A stretch of DNA of 64,000 nucleotides, from contig MPMM01000001.1 of assembly GCA_002238505.1 (NCBI GenBank), positions 973,811-1,037,810 on the forward strand, in the 5' to 3' direction. Positions 10,027-19,091 of this stretch are shown here, one piece after another (positions within the stretch are counted from its first letter, which is position 1; the number at the start of each line of letters is the position of its first letter). A program made the translations under genes and the position numbers. Source of the stretch: SAR202 cluster bacterium bin22 (lineage in GTDB: Bacteria > Chloroflexota > Dehalococcoidia > Lucifugimonadales > UBA3495). The notes beneath the pieces were generated by a model. The model worked only from the letters and a program-made list of their open reading frames with translations. It was not told where the DNA came from and did no database searches.

Positions 10027-10135
10027 GGAGCGGAGAATCCCATCTGTTGCCAGAACAAGCACTGGATGTTGGAATACCGTTTCCCTGGAGCCTCGGGATT
10101 CTCCGTCGCTCCGCTCGCTGGAATGAACGGATGAA
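10027..10135. repeat. Long imperfect inverted repeat (hairpin) in divergent intergenic region
   Basis: cattc..ggagcggagaatccc (10027-10051) pairs with gggattctccgtcgctcc..gaatg (10105-10135). The loop is about 50 nt. Confidence 0.5.
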
Positions 10136-10293
10136 TCAGACAAGCCCGCAGGTGCAAGCACCCTGTCGTGCTTCCTCTCATATTGACCGCAATTTTTCTG
10201 CGTGATAGCTTGACAGAAATCCCACCCTGAGTGGATAACCCGGCATTCCACTTTCTGATTTGTCCACGGGGGATTCCTCTAGCGGGAGATGGT

Positions 10294-11943
10294 ATGTCCA
10301 CTGGTTCAAGCGAAAAACAGGCAACCTGGGAAATGTCCCTCGGCGAGTTCCTGCAAGAGGCAGTCAACCGAAATCCGGACAGGGTCTTTCTGCAGATCGC
10401 CGGGCAGCAAATAACCTACGGAGAGCTCTACTCCAGGGTCCGGCAAGCCGCCACAATGTTTGCCAGTCTGGGCATCCGGCGGGGAGACCGCGTCTGCCTT
10501 TTCCTGCCCAACGTGCCCGAGTTTCACTATTGCTGGTTCGGTTTGTCGCTGCTCGGGGCCATCAGTGTCCCGGTAAACGTGGCCTACAAGCGGAATGAAG
10601 CGGCGTACATCTTCGACAACGCTGGAGCATCGGCTGTAGTAACCCATCGAACCCTGCTGGACGTGGCCGAGGCCGCGTCCGCTATCTCTCCCACAGTTAA
10701 GCACAAGCTCCTGGCCACCACCGAGCTTGAATCCGAACTTTCCCAGCCCACTGCGGAAACATCGGCCCCTGGATGGCTCAATCTGGGCGAACTCCTGGCA
10801 CAGGCCGAAGAACTTGCGGACCTGCCAGATGTTTCAACCCACGAGATTTCCATGCTGGTTTACACCTCGGGAACGACCGGCAACCCAAAGGGCGTTCAGG
10901 TCACCCACCTCATGTACGTCGCTGCCGGTCAGGGATTCGCCTACTGGACTGAAGCAACCGCGGCTGACCGTTTCTTTACCTGCCTGCCTTTCTTCCATGC
11001 CAACGCTCAGTACTACTCCACTATGGGGTCGCTGGCCGCCGGCGCCACCCTGGTAGTGGCGGAGCGATTCAGCGCGTCCAGATTCTGGGACCAGGTTCGG
11101 GAAGCCAACGCCACAGTGGTCAACTTCATCGGAATGATGATGCCGGTCTTGGCCAAGCAGCCCGAATCTGAACTGGATCGGCAGAATAGCGTTCGCCTCT
11201 TCTACGGTTCACCCGCTTTTTCGCCCGACTTTCTCGAAGCCTTCAAGGAACGTTTCGACACAGAAATCATCGTGGGCTTCGGGATGACCGAGACCTGCTA
11301 CGGCTCCATAGAAAAGATCGGTCAGCAAAGGCGGCCCAACTCCTCCGGCCAGCCCCGCCTGCACCCCGATTCCGGGTTCGTCAACCGCATCAAGATAGTG
11401 GACGATGACGGCAACCCGGTCGCCACCGGTCAGCCCGGCGAAATTACCATCAACAACCCGGCGGTCATGCCGGGATACTGGCGCAACCAGGAACAGACAG
11501 ACCTGGCCCTAAGGTCAGGCTGGCTTCACACTGGCGACCTGGGCTGGGCCGACGAAGACGGGTTCCTCTACTTCGTGGACCGGAAGAAGGACGTTATCCG
11601 CCGCCGTGGCGAGAACATTTCCTCCCAGGAAGTTGAGGACGTAATCAAGCGGCATCCCACGGTTCTGGACTGCGCGGTAATTGCGGTACCCTCCGAGCTA
11701 GGCGAGGACGAAGTCAAGGCTTACGTCACTCCCAGGCCTCCCGCCACTGTGGATCCTGAGACTATCGTACGCTGGTGCGCGGAGAACCTGGCCTACTTTA
11801 AGGTCCCCCGCTACATCGAGGTCCGAGAGGAGATGCCACGAACCCCCAGCCTGCGGGTGAGAAAGGACCTCCTCCGCCAGGAAAGAGAAGACCTGATTGA
11901 AGGTTGCTTCGACCGTGAAGCCGCCGGTATTCAGATCAGATAA
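10294..11943 (+). CDS. AMP-dependent acyl-CoA synthetase/ligase
   Basis: YTSGTTGNPKG AMP-binding motif, GMTET, and GWLHTGDLG...DRKKDVIRRRGENIS. ATG at 10294 is preceded by GGGAGA SD (track start is 10231). Confidence 0.9.
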   Translation: MSTGSSEKQATWEMSLGEFLQEAVNRNPDRVFLQIAGQQITYGELYSRVRQAATMFASLGIRRGDRVCLFLPNVPEFHYCWFGLSLLGAISVPVNVAYKRNEAAYIFDNAGASAVVTHRTLLDVAEAASAISPTVKHKLLATTELESELSQPTAETSAPGWLNLGELLAQAEELADLPDVSTHEISMLVYTSGTTGNPKGVQVTHLMYVAAGQGFAYWTEATAADRFFTCLPFFHANAQYYSTMGSLAAGATLVVAERFSASRFWDQVREANATVVNFIGMMMPVLAKQPESELDRQNSVRLFYGSPAFSPDFLEAFKERFDTEIIVGFGMTETCYGSIEKIGQQRRPNSSGQPRLHPDSGFVNRIKIVDDDGNPVATGQPGEITINNPAVMPGYWRNQEQTDLALRSGWLHTGDLGWADEDGFLYFVDRKKDVIRRRGENISSQEVEDVIKRHPTVLDCAVIAVPSELGEDEVKAYVTPRPPATVDPETIVRWCAENLAYFKVPRYIEVREEMPRTPSLRVRKDLLRQEREDLIEGCFDREAAGIQIR

Positions 11944-12082
11944 GCCCTGCTTCACGCAGGAGTACAACTTGCATACCTGGATGTCCTAATCACGCCATAA
12001 ATCCGCTATAATCTTTGCAATACCTGCGCAAGCAGAGACCAGCGCGAGAGGCGCCAAAAGGCTGCTCGCCGGAGAGGGTGGT

Positions 12083-12430
12083 ATGAACAAGATTGAAGCC
12101 ATAATTCGACCAGAGAAGCTCACTACCGTCAAGGACGCACTGTCCGACGCGGGGTTGCCTGGCATTAACGTGGCCCAGGTTACGGGCCGGGGCGCACAGC
12201 GGGGAATTGAAGTCGGTGGACCTCGCGGCGTGGCCGGCAGCTACGTGGTGGACATGCTACCCAAGGTGAAGCTTGAGACCGTGGTCCGGGACGAAGACAC
12301 CAGGAAGGCCATCGACATCATAATCGAAACTTCCAGGACAGGTAACATTGGCGACGGCAAGATATTCGTAACTCCAGTGGCCAATGCCATCCGTATCCGC
12401 ACGGGAGAAGAGGGCGAAGTCGCCCTTTAG
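12083..12430 (+). CDS. glnB: P-II family nitrogen regulatory protein
   Basis: 115 aa. MNKIEAIIRPEKL...TGNIGDGKIFVTPV...IRIRTGEEG matches the GlnB/GlnK framework. The T-loop is atypical (see findings). Confidence 0.9.
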   Translation: MNKIEAIIRPEKLTTVKDALSDAGLPGINVAQVTGRGAQRGIEVGGPRGVAGSYVVDMLPKVKLETVVRDEDTRKAIDIIIETSRTGNIGDGKIFVTPVANAIRIRTGEEGEVAL

Positions 12431-12576
12431 GCGCGACCTCTATCTTCCGGATAGTTTCATCCCGGGTCCCGGCAACCCAAATGATTGGTGCAACGGGACT
12501 GGGAAATCCAACGCACTGGACGCCCAGGTAACGCCATCCTTAACGGGCGTCGCAAGCAAACACCCGGACAGAGAAA

Positions 12577-13071
12577 ATGGCTGAAGAAGAAAAAAGATAC
12601 TGGCTGTTCAAATCTGAGCCTGGAAACTACTCCTTTGGCGACCTGCTGAACGAGGAAGACCAGATTGCTGAATGGGACGGCGTTCGCAACTATCAGGTGC
12701 GGAACTTCATGCGCGACGAGATGAAAGTTGGCGATGGCGTGCTCTTCTACCACAGCAGCGCCAAACCCACCGCCGTCATGGGCACGGCCCGCATTGTCCG
12801 CGAAGCCTACCCCGACCACACCGCCTGGGAGTTGGGCGCCAAGTATTACGATCCCAAGAGCGACCCCAATAACCCCACCTGGCTGATGGTGGATATCCAG
12901 GCAGACCAGGCCTTCAGCCGCCCGGTAACCCTCCAGGAAATCAAGGACAACCCAAAACTGCAGGGAATGATTGTGGTCAGGCGTGGAGTGCGCATTTCCA
13001 TTCATCCCGTGGACCAGGCCGACTGGGACGAAATCGTGGCCTTGGGCACCGGCGCCAAACCCGCCCCGTAG
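12577..13071 (+). CDS. EVE (PUA-like) domain protein
   Basis: 164 aa. YWLFKSEPGNYSFGDL...WDGVRNYQVRNFMRDEMKVGDGVLFYHS is the typical EVE/DUF55 N-terminal pattern. Confidence 0.85.
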   Translation: MAEEEKRYWLFKSEPGNYSFGDLLNEEDQIAEWDGVRNYQVRNFMRDEMKVGDGVLFYHSSAKPTAVMGTARIVREAYPDHTAWELGAKYYDPKSDPNNPTWLMVDIQADQAFSRPVTLQEIKDNPKLQGMIVVRRGVRISIHPVDQADWDEIVALGTGAKPAP

Positions 13072-13132
13072 GCCATCTCTGCCTGCTCCGGCCGCTCGAC
13101 CGAGCCCGCAATCCTTTAGCCCGAAACCCCAT

Positions 13133-13164
13133 GAAGCCCCGAGGCCACGTTGCCTCGGGGCTTC
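13133..13164. terminator. 13-bp GC-rich hairpin between convergent genes
   Basis: gaagccccgaggc (13133-13145) pairs with gcctcggggcttc (13152-13164), then tcaatt. Confidence 0.65.
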
Positions 13165-13196
13165 TCAATTACGAAGATCTGCCGTTCTTGCGGTGG

Positions 13197-14876
13197 CTAC
13201 AGTGCTCCGTCGATGCTCACGTTAATGACTGAAGGCTTCCCGCTGCCAATTGCCTGTTCCAGGGCAGGGCCCAGGTCAGAGGGATCCTCCACGTTCCTTC
13301 CCGAAACTCCCAAGGCCTCCGCAACCTCCGCCAGCGGCAGGGGAGTGGCAAAGTCCATTCCCACGTATTCGCTGTCGCGCTGGTTGTCCTCCAGCATTCC
13401 CCGCAGGTAAACGTCCATGTTCACCTTCAGAATGCGGTACGCCCGGTTATTGCATATGGCGTACGTTACGGGAATGTTGTAGCGGGCCGCCGTCCACAGG
13501 GCCTGCACCGTGTACATGGATGCGCCATCGCCCACCACCGCCACCACCGGCCGATCCGGATTGGCCAGCTTTATGCCCAGCGCTCCCGGCATGGCCCAGC
13601 CCAGTGCGCCGCCTCGAATGGCGTAATAGCTGCCCGGTTCCGAGGGCTCCAGGGCCTGGAGCAGCGCCCCCCGGGACGTAATGGCCTCGTCAGCTATCAC
13701 TGCGTTGTCTGGCAATGCCTGGGAAAGCTCGTACATCATCCGGTCCACCGGCATGGGACGCGTATCTGGCATCGACTGCATGCGGCCCAGGTATTCTGCC
13801 CTGGCCTGTCGTCTGGCATCGCTCAGGGTGGCCGCGCGGGTGGCGGCGGCTTCCTTTGCCGATGCAGACATCCCCTGGTCCAGCGCATCAGCTAGTTCAG
13901 CCAACCCGGCTTTGGGGTCGCAAGGTATTCCCACATTGGTGGGGTAAACTTTCTCAATTTCCTTCTGGTTATTATCCATGTGCACCAGCTTGGTGGCCGG
14001 CGACAGGAAGGGTTCAGATACATACAAGAAGGAGGAAAATACGTTGGTTCCCACCGCCAGCACCACATCCGCCTCTGCCAGTTGGCGACGGGTGGCGGAA
14101 CTGTTGAGATTGAGCATCCCCGCGTACTGGCCGTGGTTCAGGGGGAAGCTGATTTCGGAATAGGTGTAGGAGCTTGCGTAAACCTTCGCCCCCAGCTGTT
14201 CGGCCACCCGTACCAGTTCAGCCCCACCTCCGGACTGACCTACCCGGTCGCCAATCACCACAACGGGATTCTCCGCCTGGGCCAGCAGTTCCACCGCGCT
14301 GCTGATCGCCGCCGGATCCGGCCGCATGCGATAGTAGCCTGTGGATGAGGGTGTTATGTCAACATCCACCTCTTCGTCCATCGTATCCCAGGGGAAAGAC
14401 AGAAAGACCGGTCCTACAGGCGGAGTCATAGCTTCCTTGAAGGCCCTCCGCACCGCCATTGGTATATTCTCGGCCTGGGGAATTTCGGCGCTCCACTTGG
14501 TGAACTGCTGCGTCATCTCCACCAGGTCGCCCGAGAGAACCGGATCGCTCAGCAGCATCCTTGTGTCCGAGTTCCCCGCAGTCAGCACCAGGGGTGTTCC
14601 GCCCCGGTAGGCGTTATAAAGCGCGCTGATGCCGTTGGCCAGGCCGCCCGCAATGTGGATGTTGGCGAAGGCCGGCTTGCCCGTAGCCCGGGCGTATCCG
14701 TCGGCCATACCCACAGCAGTCCCTTCCTGCAGCGCCTGGATGTATTGAAGGTTCGGGTAGTCCTGGAGAACGTCCAGGAAGGGAGTTTCGCTGGTTCCCG
14801 GGTTGCCGAAGATATACTCGACACCCTCCGCTACCAGCATCTGGGCCAAAGCTTCTTTACCGGTCATTCGCGCCAT
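13197..14876 (-). CDS. Thiamine-diphosphate-dependent enzyme (acetolactate synthase / benzoylformate decarboxylase-like)
   Basis: 559 aa. N-terminal GVEYIFGNPGTSE and ThDP-binding motif GDGASMYTVQALWTAARYNIPVTYAICNN. Confidence 0.85.
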   Translation of the reverse strand: MARMTGKEALAQMLVAEGVEYIFGNPGTSETPFLDVLQDYPNLQYIQALQEGTAVGMADGYARATGKPAFANIHIAGGLANGISALYNAYRGGTPLVLTAGNSDTRMLLSDPVLSGDLVEMTQQFTKWSAEIPQAENIPMAVRRAFKEAMTPPVGPVFLSFPWDTMDEEVDVDITPSSTGYYRMRPDPAAISSAVELLAQAENPVVVIGDRVGQSGGGAELVRVAEQLGAKVYASSYTYSEISFPLNHGQYAGMLNLNSSATRRQLAEADVVLAVGTNVFSSFLYVSEPFLSPATKLVHMDNNQKEIEKVYPTNVGIPCDPKAGLAELADALDQGMSASAKEAAATRAATLSDARRQARAEYLGRMQSMPDTRPMPVDRMMYELSQALPDNAVIADEAITSRGALLQALEPSEPGSYYAIRGGALGWAMPGALGIKLANPDRPVVAVVGDGASMYTVQALWTAARYNIPVTYAICNNRAYRILKVNMDVYLRGMLEDNQRDSEYVGMDFATPLPLAEVAEALGVSGRNVEDPSDLGPALEQAIGSGKPSVINVSIDGAL

Positions 14877-14967
14877 TTGTTCATTTCCTCAAGATAAAAT
14901 TCGGGGCTGCAGAATCGTGCCCGTTTCTTGTCAGCATTTCCTGCCCCCTTTCCCCGGAAAACCGGGC

Positions 14968-15375
14968 TTACAGGTAAATCATCCATTCCAGCAAATTGTC
15001 ATCTGGGTCCCGGGCGTAAAGACTGACCGCCGGCAGACCGCCCCCGGCCCTGGCTCCCTTGCGAGGACCAGGCCCTCGTATTACTTCCACGCCGGCTTCA
15101 GCCAGCATCTTCTGGCACTCTTCAACAGTGCCGGCCCAGACGAAGCAGATGTCCGTGCACCCAGGAACTGCCGTGTTGCCCCGCAGGGTAGCCGTGTACC
15201 CTTCCGGATGAACGTTTACCTTCGAATCGCCAATTTGTATGGAAAAGATTCCAACCTCGCCCTTGCGCCACTTGTCTTCGTCGTTAATAGTGAAGCCAAG
15301 CCGCTTGTAGAACTCTATGAGCTTTTCGGCGTTGGCAGTTGGCATTGCGATGTGGTCAATTGCTATGGTAGCCAT
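14968..15375 (-). CDS. VOC (glyoxalase/bleomycin-resistance/dioxygenase) family protein
   Basis: 135 aa. IDHIAMPTANAEKLIEFYKRLGF start and overall beta-alpha-beta-beta-beta pattern. Confidence 0.8.
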   Translation of the reverse strand: MATIAIDHIAMPTANAEKLIEFYKRLGFTINDEDKWRKGEVGIFSIQIGDSKVNVHPEGYTATLRGNTAVPGCTDICFVWAGTVEECQKMLAEAGVEVIRGPGPRKGARAGGGLPAVSLYARDPDDNLLEWMIYL

Positions 15376-15432
15376 TAAACAAACCTCTAAATCGCGGTGG
15401 GTGAACAGTTAGTTCCCAGGGACGGCTGGAAA

Positions 15433-16278
15433 TTAGATTCGCAACTGGGCGGCCGTTTCCGCCAGGAATTCTTCAATCATCCCCCTGGTTCGGCGGGCTT
15501 CAATTGTCAGCAAACCGTGTTCCGCCCCTGGAATTACGTGAAACTCGGAACCGGCAATACCCTGGTGCAACTGTAAACCGCAGGCAATGTTAATCCGGCT
15601 GTCGGCGTCACCATGAACAATCATGCTTGGCATTGTCAGCTCATTGAGCCTGGATTCCAGCGAGTCCTGTATGTCCAGGTAGCTCTGGATGGTCTTGACG
15701 ATTCCGTCAAACTGCTCCAGGTTAATCGCCTTGAGCCTGGCGAACTGGGCCGGATCGGACTCCTTCATACCCGGCCAGCGGGAATTAAGACCCGCCTCCA
15801 CTGCGGCATCCTTGCCCTGGTCCGCCAACACCTGCTTTATCTCGTCCAACTCGCGCTGACGCACAACCCGTTCGGACTCCTGGACGTAGGTCATGGTGTT
15901 GATGAGGAGCAGGGAAAGAGTCCGTTCCGGGTTCTCCAGGGCGAATTGCAGCGCAATGGGGCCACCTGCTGAAGATCCCAGGATGTGTGCCGTGCCGACT
16001 CCCAGGTGGTCCAGCAATGACCGCAAATCCTCCGCGTAGTTGGGGATTGAATATCCGTCCTGCGGAGTTTCGGACCGTCCCGCAGCCCGCCGGTCATAGG
16101 AAATCACCTGGAAACTTCCTGAGAGAATATCGGCGTGGTGTTCCATGGTCTGGGCACATCCCTCGCCGCCCCCTAGTCCTCCATGAATCATCACCAGCGG
16201 CTGGCCAGATCCGTGGGTCTCATAGTACATCCGGAAACCGTTTATCACTGCTTCGGGCACTCTTTCCCTCCCGTACAA
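15433..16278 (-). CDS. Alpha/beta-fold hydrolase
   Basis: 281 aa. HGGLGG oxyanion region, nucleophile elbow LGSSAGG, and C-terminal GAEHG. GTG at 16260 with GGGAGGG SD is a plausible alternative start. Confidence 0.85.
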   Translation of the reverse strand: MYGRERVPEAVINGFRMYYETHGSGQPLVMIHGGLGGGEGCAQTMEHHADILSGSFQVISYDRRAAGRSETPQDGYSIPNYAEDLRSLLDHLGVGTAHILGSSAGGPIALQFALENPERTLSLLLINTMTYVQESERVVRQRELDEIKQVLADQGKDAAVEAGLNSRWPGMKESDPAQFARLKAINLEQFDGIVKTIQSYLDIQDSLESRLNELTMPSMIVHGDADSRINIACGLQLHQGIAGSEFHVIPGAEHGLLTIEARRTRGMIEEFLAETAAQLRI

Positions 16279-17095
16279 TCAAAAGGTAGCCAGGCTTGAT
16301 GAGCAACCTCTGGGATGACTCGAAACTCGAGGGAAGAGGCCATCCACCTGGGCCAAGCTCATATTAGCCCCTGCCCTAAGCCGTGGCAAGCAACGTGTAC
16401 CGGTGTGCCGCACCGTCGCCTGCCTGGATAACAAACGAGCGGTTACTCCTCCGAAGAGTCAACCAACGCTGCCTGCCCCAGTTCATTGACGCCACACAAT
16501 TCCCTTTCCCGACTGCGTAACCCTGGCCTACAATGAAAGTGGACAGTTAGGGGAGAGCGGATAGTTACCGGAGTGAATAGACGGTGCCTTCCCTATCCCG
16601 CCAGAATTCGCCATTTTGGCTCAGCATCTCTGCTCACAGCTTTGAATTGGTGGCGGGGAAAACCGTCAGTCCGACTCCACGTCTGTCCGGCATGGGCAGT
16701 TGCTCAAGTACAAAATGAGCGCAAGAGAGCACAAACAGAGATGAATTTTCATTTTTCCTGGGTGGGAGACCCCGGGTCAGCTTGAATGTGCCGTCTCCAG
16801 TCCTCCCGTCCCGGGGCAATCGCATCCTGGTTCAACGTCATTTCGACCGGATTCGAAGAATCCAATCTACGTCCCAGGAACCGGATTTCGGATGGCAAAG
16901 CGAGCCGATGGAAAGAATTCCTGGTCCGTCGGCTGCGCTGAGTGTGACACACACTTCTTGCCACAGGGTCCTGTGTAATACACGAACAAGTTAAATCGCG
17001 ATCGCCCTCGTAGTTCCGGTTGACAGTACAATTCAAGCTAACTTAATCTGAATTCCCGTACAAGATGGCCATCTAAACTTAAAGCGCGGTGAGAT

Positions 17096-17551
17096 TTGTC
17101 CACTAATTCGCAAAGACCTCCCGTCCCCGTGGACCCGAAGAGGCTCCGCTTGAACGACCCTGATGGCGCCTCTGGAACCCTGCTCGGTATGCGTTGCCTC
17201 AAATGCGGCGTTTGCGTTTTTGGTGACGCCATATTCTGCCAGGCCTGTTCCTCGGATGAACTGGAGGCAGTTGACCTGAGCAGTAGCGGCGTCCTATTCA
17301 GCTACACAATCGTCCGGGTCCCTCCCGATGGTTGGCCAGGCCCGGTACCCTACGTCCTCGGCGAAGTGGAATTGCCCGAAGGCCCCCATGTCCTAGCGGA
17401 AGTTATCGGAATGGAACATGCGGACCTGCAGATAGGAAAGGAAGTCCGGTTGGCCCTTGAGCCGGTTCAATCCGGAGAAACTGGTCCAACTCTGATGGTT
17501 TACAAGTGGGCGCCCTCGGCCATCCCCACAGCGTCCCGACAGGAGGGTTAG
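17096..17551 (+). CDS. DUF35 Zn-ribbon/OB-fold protein (thiolase partner)
   Basis: 151 aa. CLKCGVCVFGDAIFCQAC zinc ribbon followed by an OB-fold (VLFSYTIV...LGEVELPEG..VLAEV). The start is uncertain (TTG 17096, GTG 17129 or TTG 17150). Confidence 0.8.
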   Translation: MSTNSQRPPVPVDPKRLRLNDPDGASGTLLGMRCLKCGVCVFGDAIFCQACSSDELEAVDLSSSGVLFSYTIVRVPPDGWPGPVPYVLGEVELPEGPHVLAEVIGMEHADLQIGKEVRLALEPVQSGETGPTLMVYKWAPSAIPTASRQEG

Positions 17552-17553
17552 CC

Positions 17554-18708
17554 ATGACCCAGTTCAAACCCAACCGTGAAGTAGTGGTCGTAGGCGTTGG
17601 CCTGCACCCCTTTGGCCGCTTTCGCGGCAAAGACCTGGCCACGCTGGCCCGGGAAGCCGTGGTAGAGGCCCTGAAGGACTGCGGAGTTCGCTGGCGTGAC
17701 ATCCCGGTCGCCTACTTTGGCCACGTCTATTACCACGGCATGTCCGTTGGAGAGACAGCCCTCGGCAGCCTGGGCCTGACGGGCATCCCCATAGTAAACG
17801 TGGAAAACGCCTGCTCCAGCGGCTCGACCGCCTTCTGGCAGGCCTATTGGGGCATTACCTCCGGGGTTTACGACCTTGCCTTGGCCTTCGGAGCCGAGAA
17901 GGTCCCTGGCGGTCCCGTAACTGTCACGGCTGCGGACAGCCCCGAAAGGTATATCGGCGGCGACCACATGATGGCCGGCTACGCCCTGCGTATGCGGCGC
18001 TACATGGAAGAGACCGGCGCACCTGCCTCCGCCCTTGCCCAGATATCGGTAAAGGCCCGGCAGAATGCCGCCTTGAACCCCTACGCCCATCGCAAGGAGA
18101 CCTATACGGTAGAGGACGTTCTGTCCTCCCGACCCATTGCAGACCCACTAACCCTTTTCCAGTGCTGCCCCACCAGCGAAGGCTCGGCTGCCGCCGTGCT
18201 CTGCGCCAGGGAGGTCCTGGGAAGCTACGGACTGGACGAATCCCGGGCCATTAAGGTTGTTGCGGCGGCCCTGACCTCGGGCAACTACAACGGACGGGGC
18301 AGCGACCACTCTGCTTTTAGCCCGTATCGCACCGAACCCGCCGCCCTCGCCGCCTACGAAATGAGTGGACTTGGGCCCGAGGACGTGGACCTGGTCCAGG
18401 TACACGACGCCGCCACCATTGGGGAGCTTCAGCAGATCGAATCCCTGCAGTTGACGCCCAAGGGGGAGGCCTGGCGCGCCACGGTAGAGGGACGCACTGC
18501 TCTGACCGGTGACATTCCGGTCAATACCGACGGCGGCCTGCTGGCCATGGGGCATCCCTTTGGCGCTACCGGAATCCGAATGGTCCACGAAACGGTAACC
18601 CAGTTGCGTGGCGAGGCCGGAGCCAGGCAGGTCAACAACCCCCGAGTGGGAGTGGCCCAGTGCTCCGGGGCCGGCGACGTAACTACGGTCCAGATTTTCG
18701 CCAGATAG
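17554..18708 (+). CDS. Thiolase-fold protein (SCP-x / lipid-transfer type acetyl-CoA acyltransferase)
   Basis: ATG at 17554 follows AGGAGGG SD and the DUF35 stop. Motifs NVENACSSGSTAF (active-site Cys) and GHPFGATGIRM. Confidence 0.85.
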   Translation: MTQFKPNREVVVVGVGLHPFGRFRGKDLATLAREAVVEALKDCGVRWRDIPVAYFGHVYYHGMSVGETALGSLGLTGIPIVNVENACSSGSTAFWQAYWGITSGVYDLALAFGAEKVPGGPVTVTAADSPERYIGGDHMMAGYALRMRRYMEETGAPASALAQISVKARQNAALNPYAHRKETYTVEDVLSSRPIADPLTLFQCCPTSEGSAAAVLCAREVLGSYGLDESRAIKVVAAALTSGNYNGRGSDHSAFSPYRTEPAALAAYEMSGLGPEDVDLVQVHDAATIGELQQIESLQLTPKGEAWRATVEGRTALTGDIPVNTDGGLLAMGHPFGATGIRMVHETVTQLRGEAGARQVNNPRVGVAQCSGAGDVTTVQIFAR

Positions 18709-18792
18709 GCGAGTGACGTTTTACACTTTTGTGCGGCAGGCGTAAATGGGTAACCACATGAATGGGATACCCAGAATTTTGCGGCGGTCAAA

Positions 18793-19080
18793 ATGCCAGC
18801 CTTCGTAGTCCTGGCCGCAATGAAGGGTCGCTTCGTTTCCCAGCACGGGAACCACTACGACAACTTCCAGATGATGGGCTATTCCATTGCGGAGAACCCG
18901 CATCAGGCGGTCACCAACTTCTTCGACCAGCCACCCTATCCCATTCGCTGGGAAGACGTGGAATACCTCTGGGCCGAGCAACTGGCGGATGCCTTCCACA
19001 CCGGCCACCATGGCGAATACGAGCGGGTGTACGTTGACTCGTTGCGCCGGCGGTGGGAGTCTCCCGGCCCCGGGGCCTGA
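18793..19080 (+). CDS. Hypothetical small protein
   Basis: 95-aa ORF with genome-like GC3 bias and sensible composition (HGNHYDNFQMMGYSIAENPHQ...). No SD seen and no family recognised. Confidence 0.4.
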   Translation: MPAFVVLAAMKGRFVSQHGNHYDNFQMMGYSIAENPHQAVTNFFDQPPYPIRWEDVEYLWAEQLADAFHTGHHGEYERVYVDSLRRRWESPGPGA

Positions 19081-19091
19081 CTGATCCGCCC

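Noticed and set aside
16749-17036. 60-95-aa ORFs inside the 16.3-17.1 kb gap (16573-16785, 16634-16825, 16749-17036, 16782-16994)
   Set aside because: They overlap one another, lack SD sites, are Arg/Ser/Cys/His-rich and have no motifs. An in-frame-TGA (Sec) reading was also tried and gave nothing protein-like.
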